A DNA stretch of 64,000 bases, taken from positions 1-64,000 of the forward strand of contig CAWJGT010000011.1 of the NCBI GenBank assembly GCA_963842525.1, in the 5' to 3' direction. The notes under the pieces are model-generated. The model saw only the letters and a list, made by a program, of their open reading frames with translations, did not search any database and had not been told where the DNA came from. Positions 61,221 to 64,000 of this stretch are shown in pieces. The position numbers and the translations under genes are program-made. The stretch comes from an uncultured Holophagales bacterium (lineage in GTDB: Bacteria; Acidobacteriota; Thermoanaerobaculia; Multivoradales; UBA5704). The first letter of the stretch is position 1. Each line of letters begins with the position of its first letter.

Positions 61221-61268
61221 GCCGCTAACGGCATCTGGCTGACCGACCACGTGCCGCCCGGCTACCTG
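61221..61268 (+). pseudogene. C-terminal remnant of RNA 2'-phosphotransferase (KptA/Tpt1)
   Basis: Translates AANGIWLTDHVPPGYL, matching the NGVWLTxxVPPxYL end of KptA proteins. Confidence 0.55.
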
Positions 61269-61281
61269 TCGGGCTGGCCCG

Positions 61282-63885
61282 CTAGGGCAGGATCTCGACG
61301 TACCCGTCTGTTCCATGCACGCGGATCCGCTGCCCATCCCGGATCAGCCGGGTGGCATGCTCCACCCCCACGACGGCCGGCAATCCGTACTCCCGGGCGA
61401 TCACCGCGCCATGCGTCATCAGGCCTCCCACCTCCGTCACCAGCCCCGTGATGGCGACGAACAGCGGCGTCCAACTGGGGTCGGTGTAGGCGGTGACCAG
61501 GATGTCGCCCGGTTCGAGATCGGCCTCCGCCAGGTCCAGGATGACGCGGGCCCGCCCCTCGATGGTCCCGGCGGAAACCGGCAAGCCGACCAGCGCGCCG
61601 TCCGGCAAATCGTCTCGCCGGTACGAACCGGCGATGCCCTCGCCCTCCGACGTGAGCACCCGGGGCGGCGTGAGCGCCCGATACGACGCGAACGCGTCCT
61701 TGCGCTGGCGGATGAGCTGGTCGTCCACCTGCTGCGTGCGCACCACGTCCTCGAGCTCGTCGAACCTGAGGTAGAAGACGTCGTCCTTGTCCCGCAGGAC
61801 GCCGGCCTGCACGAGGCGCTCGGCTTCTTCCACCAAGGCCTGCTTGTAGACGAAGTTGCGGCTGACCATGCCGTACTTCGGGTACTCCCGGTATCCGGCG
61901 AACGTCCGGACACGGTCGATCATCCGCTTGGTCTCTGCGGCCTTCTGGTCCCCTTCCGGCAGCGCGCGCAAACGCTCGAGCAGCTCCTGCTCCTTGCTCC
62001 AGGCCTCCCGCCGCCCCTGCTCGAAGCGCCGCTTCGCGGCGCCCGGCTCGAAGTTCCTGACGTTGCCCAGGAGCATCGGCACGAGCGTGGAGGGGCGCTC
62101 GGTCCACCGCGGCCGCGTGATGTCGATCTCACCGACGCCGCGCATGCCGTACCTGTCGAGCCAGGCGCGGATGGCGTCTCGCGCTTCGCTCCCGCCCGCG
62201 AGCTTGGGCAACTCGTTCAGAAACCCCTCGTCTTCCACGTGCTGGAGAAATGCCACCACCTCCGGATGCGGGCGGATCACGTCGGCGACGTCGAGGAGCG
62301 CGAGGCCCATCTCCGACGTGACGTTGTTGGGCACGGACTGCGAGAGCGTGTCGGCGGCGTTCTTCTCGCCCAGCCACTCCTGCAGCTTGTCGTTGAGCCA
62401 CCAGGCGGCCTCCATCCCCGCGAGGATCACCCGCATGCTTTGCGGATCGAACTGGAACTGCTTCAGCTCCTGGATGTCCGTCCGGATGAAGTCGAGCAGC
62501 GCGGCCCCCGACTTCGCCTGAATGTCGCGCTTCAACGCAGCGATCGAAGCCTCGCTGCGCGCGATCAGCTCGGCGGGGATGGCCGGATCGGTCTCGAGCG
62601 GAGCGTGCCCGCTCCCAGGGACCGACCAGCCGGGTGCCGCGTCTGGAAGCGACGGAATGAAGTCGCCACGGTCGAGAATGGTCTGGAGCGCGTCTCCGAT
62701 CAGCGGATCGGACTTCCCCAGCGCGCTCACCAGGCTGTCGCGACTCGCCGCTGAAGCGAGCCCCTTCGTGACGTCGACGAACAGTCGGCCGCCTGCCTCG
62801 GCCATCGGCGCCCGGGTCGTCATCTGCCAGTAACTGAGTCCCAGAGGCTTCATGGGGTCGGTCATCATCTGCTGATGGCCGACGGAGACATAGACGTGGT
62901 TCTCCCCGTCGGCTGGTGCCGGGAGGGGGAACAGCGTGGTGATCGGCCGGCTCTGGACGACGTGGAAGTCGCCGTCGGCCAGGCACCACTCGATGTCCTG
63001 CGGGCGGCCGAAGTGCGCCTCGATCCGCCGGCCCAGTTCCGCGAGCCGCACGACCTGGGCATCCGTCAGCGCTGGCTGCTCCTGCCGCCCCCGCTCGATC
63101 GCCTGTTCCTGCGTCCCGCCTGCCGGCGACGCGTGGATGGCGAGCTGCTTGGTGCCGACCTGCCTGGCGACGACCTCGCCGTCCCGCACCTTGTAGACGT
63201 CCGGGTTCACCAGGCCGGAGACCAGGGCCTCGCCGAGTCCGAAGCTGGCCTCCACGGAGGCGACCTTCCGGTTGCCCGTGACGGGATCGGCCGTGAACAG
63301 GATGCCGGATGCCTGCGGGAAGACCATCCGCTGCACGACCACGGCCATCTGGACCTTCCGGTGGTCGAAGCCGTTCCGCAGGCGGTAGGTCACGGCCCGC
63401 TCGGTGAACAGCGAGGCCCAGCACCGGCTGACGTGCTGGAGGATCGCCGCCGGCCCCACGACGTTCAGGTACGTGTCCTGCTGGCCCGCGAAAGAGGCCG
63501 TCGGCAAGTCCTCCGCCGTCGCGCTGGATCGGACGGCGTAGGCGGCTTGCTCGCCGAGCCGGGCGAGCGGGCGGGTAATCGCCTCCGCCAGATCGTCGGG
63601 GATGGCGATCCCTTCGAGGGTCCGGCGGATCTCCGCGCTGAGCGCGCGGATCGCCTCCTGGTCGTCCGGCTTCAGGCGCGACAGCCGATCGAGCCAGTTA
63701 TAGAGCGACGGGATCGACGGCGCTTCCGCCATGATCCGCTGGAAGGCGTCCGTCGTCACGCAAAAGCCAGCCGGCACGCGGATACCTTCGATCCGCGAAA
63801 GCTCCCCCAGGTGCGCGCCCTTGCCGCCAACGACCGCGACCTGCGTCTGGTCGATCTCCTGGAAAACCAACACGTAGCAGCCCAT
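61282..63885 (-). CDS. rph: Rifamycin-inactivating phosphotransferase
   Basis: 867 aa; N-terminal ATP-grasp (GGKGAHLGEL, RSSATAEDL, QSRPITT), HVYVSVGHQQMMTD rifamycin-binding domain, C-terminal swivel GGLMTHGAVIAREYG. Confidence 0.9.
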   Translation of the reverse strand: MGCYVLVFQEIDQTQVAVVGGKGAHLGELSRIEGIRVPAGFCVTTDAFQRIMAEAPSIPSLYNWLDRLSRLKPDDQEAIRALSAEIRRTLEGIAIPDDLAEAITRPLARLGEQAAYAVRSSATAEDLPTASFAGQQDTYLNVVGPAAILQHVSRCWASLFTERAVTYRLRNGFDHRKVQMAVVVQRMVFPQASGILFTADPVTGNRKVASVEASFGLGEALVSGLVNPDVYKVRDGEVVARQVGTKQLAIHASPAGGTQEQAIERGRQEQPALTDAQVVRLAELGRRIEAHFGRPQDIEWCLADGDFHVVQSRPITTLFPLPAPADGENHVYVSVGHQQMMTDPMKPLGLSYWQMTTRAPMAEAGGRLFVDVTKGLASAASRDSLVSALGKSDPLIGDALQTILDRGDFIPSLPDAAPGWSVPGSGHAPLETDPAIPAELIARSEASIAALKRDIQAKSGAALLDFIRTDIQELKQFQFDPQSMRVILAGMEAAWWLNDKLQEWLGEKNAADTLSQSVPNNVTSEMGLALLDVADVIRPHPEVVAFLQHVEDEGFLNELPKLAGGSEARDAIRAWLDRYGMRGVGEIDITRPRWTERPSTLVPMLLGNVRNFEPGAAKRRFEQGRREAWSKEQELLERLRALPEGDQKAAETKRMIDRVRTFAGYREYPKYGMVSRNFVYKQALVEEAERLVQAGVLRDKDDVFYLRFDELEDVVRTQQVDDQLIRQRKDAFASYRALTPPRVLTSEGEGIAGSYRRDDLPDGALVGLPVSAGTIEGRARVILDLAEADLEPGDILVTAYTDPSWTPLFVAITGLVTEVGGLMTHGAVIAREYGLPAVVGVEHATRLIRDGQRIRVHGTDGYVEILP

Positions 63886-63965
63886 CCGCTCACCTCACCC
63901 TCTCGCAAGTCCTACCATCGGTTCAACGTCGTCCCCGCGCGACCCATACATCGACAACAAGACGG

Positions 63966-63992
63966 ACGGCGGGAGGAGGGTCCTCCCGCCGT
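63966..63992. terminator. GC-rich hairpin, possible terminator
   Basis: ACGGCGGGAGGA-ggg-TCCTCCCGCCGT perfect 12-bp stem. Confidence 0.5.
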
Positions 63993-64000
63993 GCGGGGAA

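Noticed and set aside
61282-63885. Phosphoenolpyruvate synthase
   Set aside because: His-swivel domain is C-terminal and there is no PEP-binding barrel; architecture matches Rph

Overview
GC-rich bacterial chromosomal segment, probably Acidobacteriota/Thermoanaerobaculia-like (inference from gene content and style). Many 1-nt frameshifts look like long-read errors, worst in the atp operon. Housekeeping blocks: cobalamin riboswitch with btuBFDC, F1Fo ATP synthase operon, ruvAB, a PpiD/SurA-type chaperone, and mreBCD-mrdA-rodA-rng. Accessory DNA: about ten toxin-antitoxin modules or remnants, a type I R-M locus whose HsdR carries a C-terminal Schlafen/AlbA_2 domain and which hosts an AbiE pair broken by an IS66, and a rifamycin phosphotransferase gene (rph). 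The two most interesting signals are nested in a lower-GC island at about 12-17.2 kb. (1) A 1.78-kb CTAG-bounded mobile element without true terminal inverted repeats and with a terminal hairpin; its single 537-aa protein shows no recognisable DDE, HUH or recombinase motifs but has Rep_trans/gpII-like Y-x-K...R-x-E motifs, and a second deleted copy lies at 60.5-61.1 kb. (2) The operon it interrupts: small helical protein + HExxH protein + divergent dCTP deaminase, a candidate undescribed anti-phage system.
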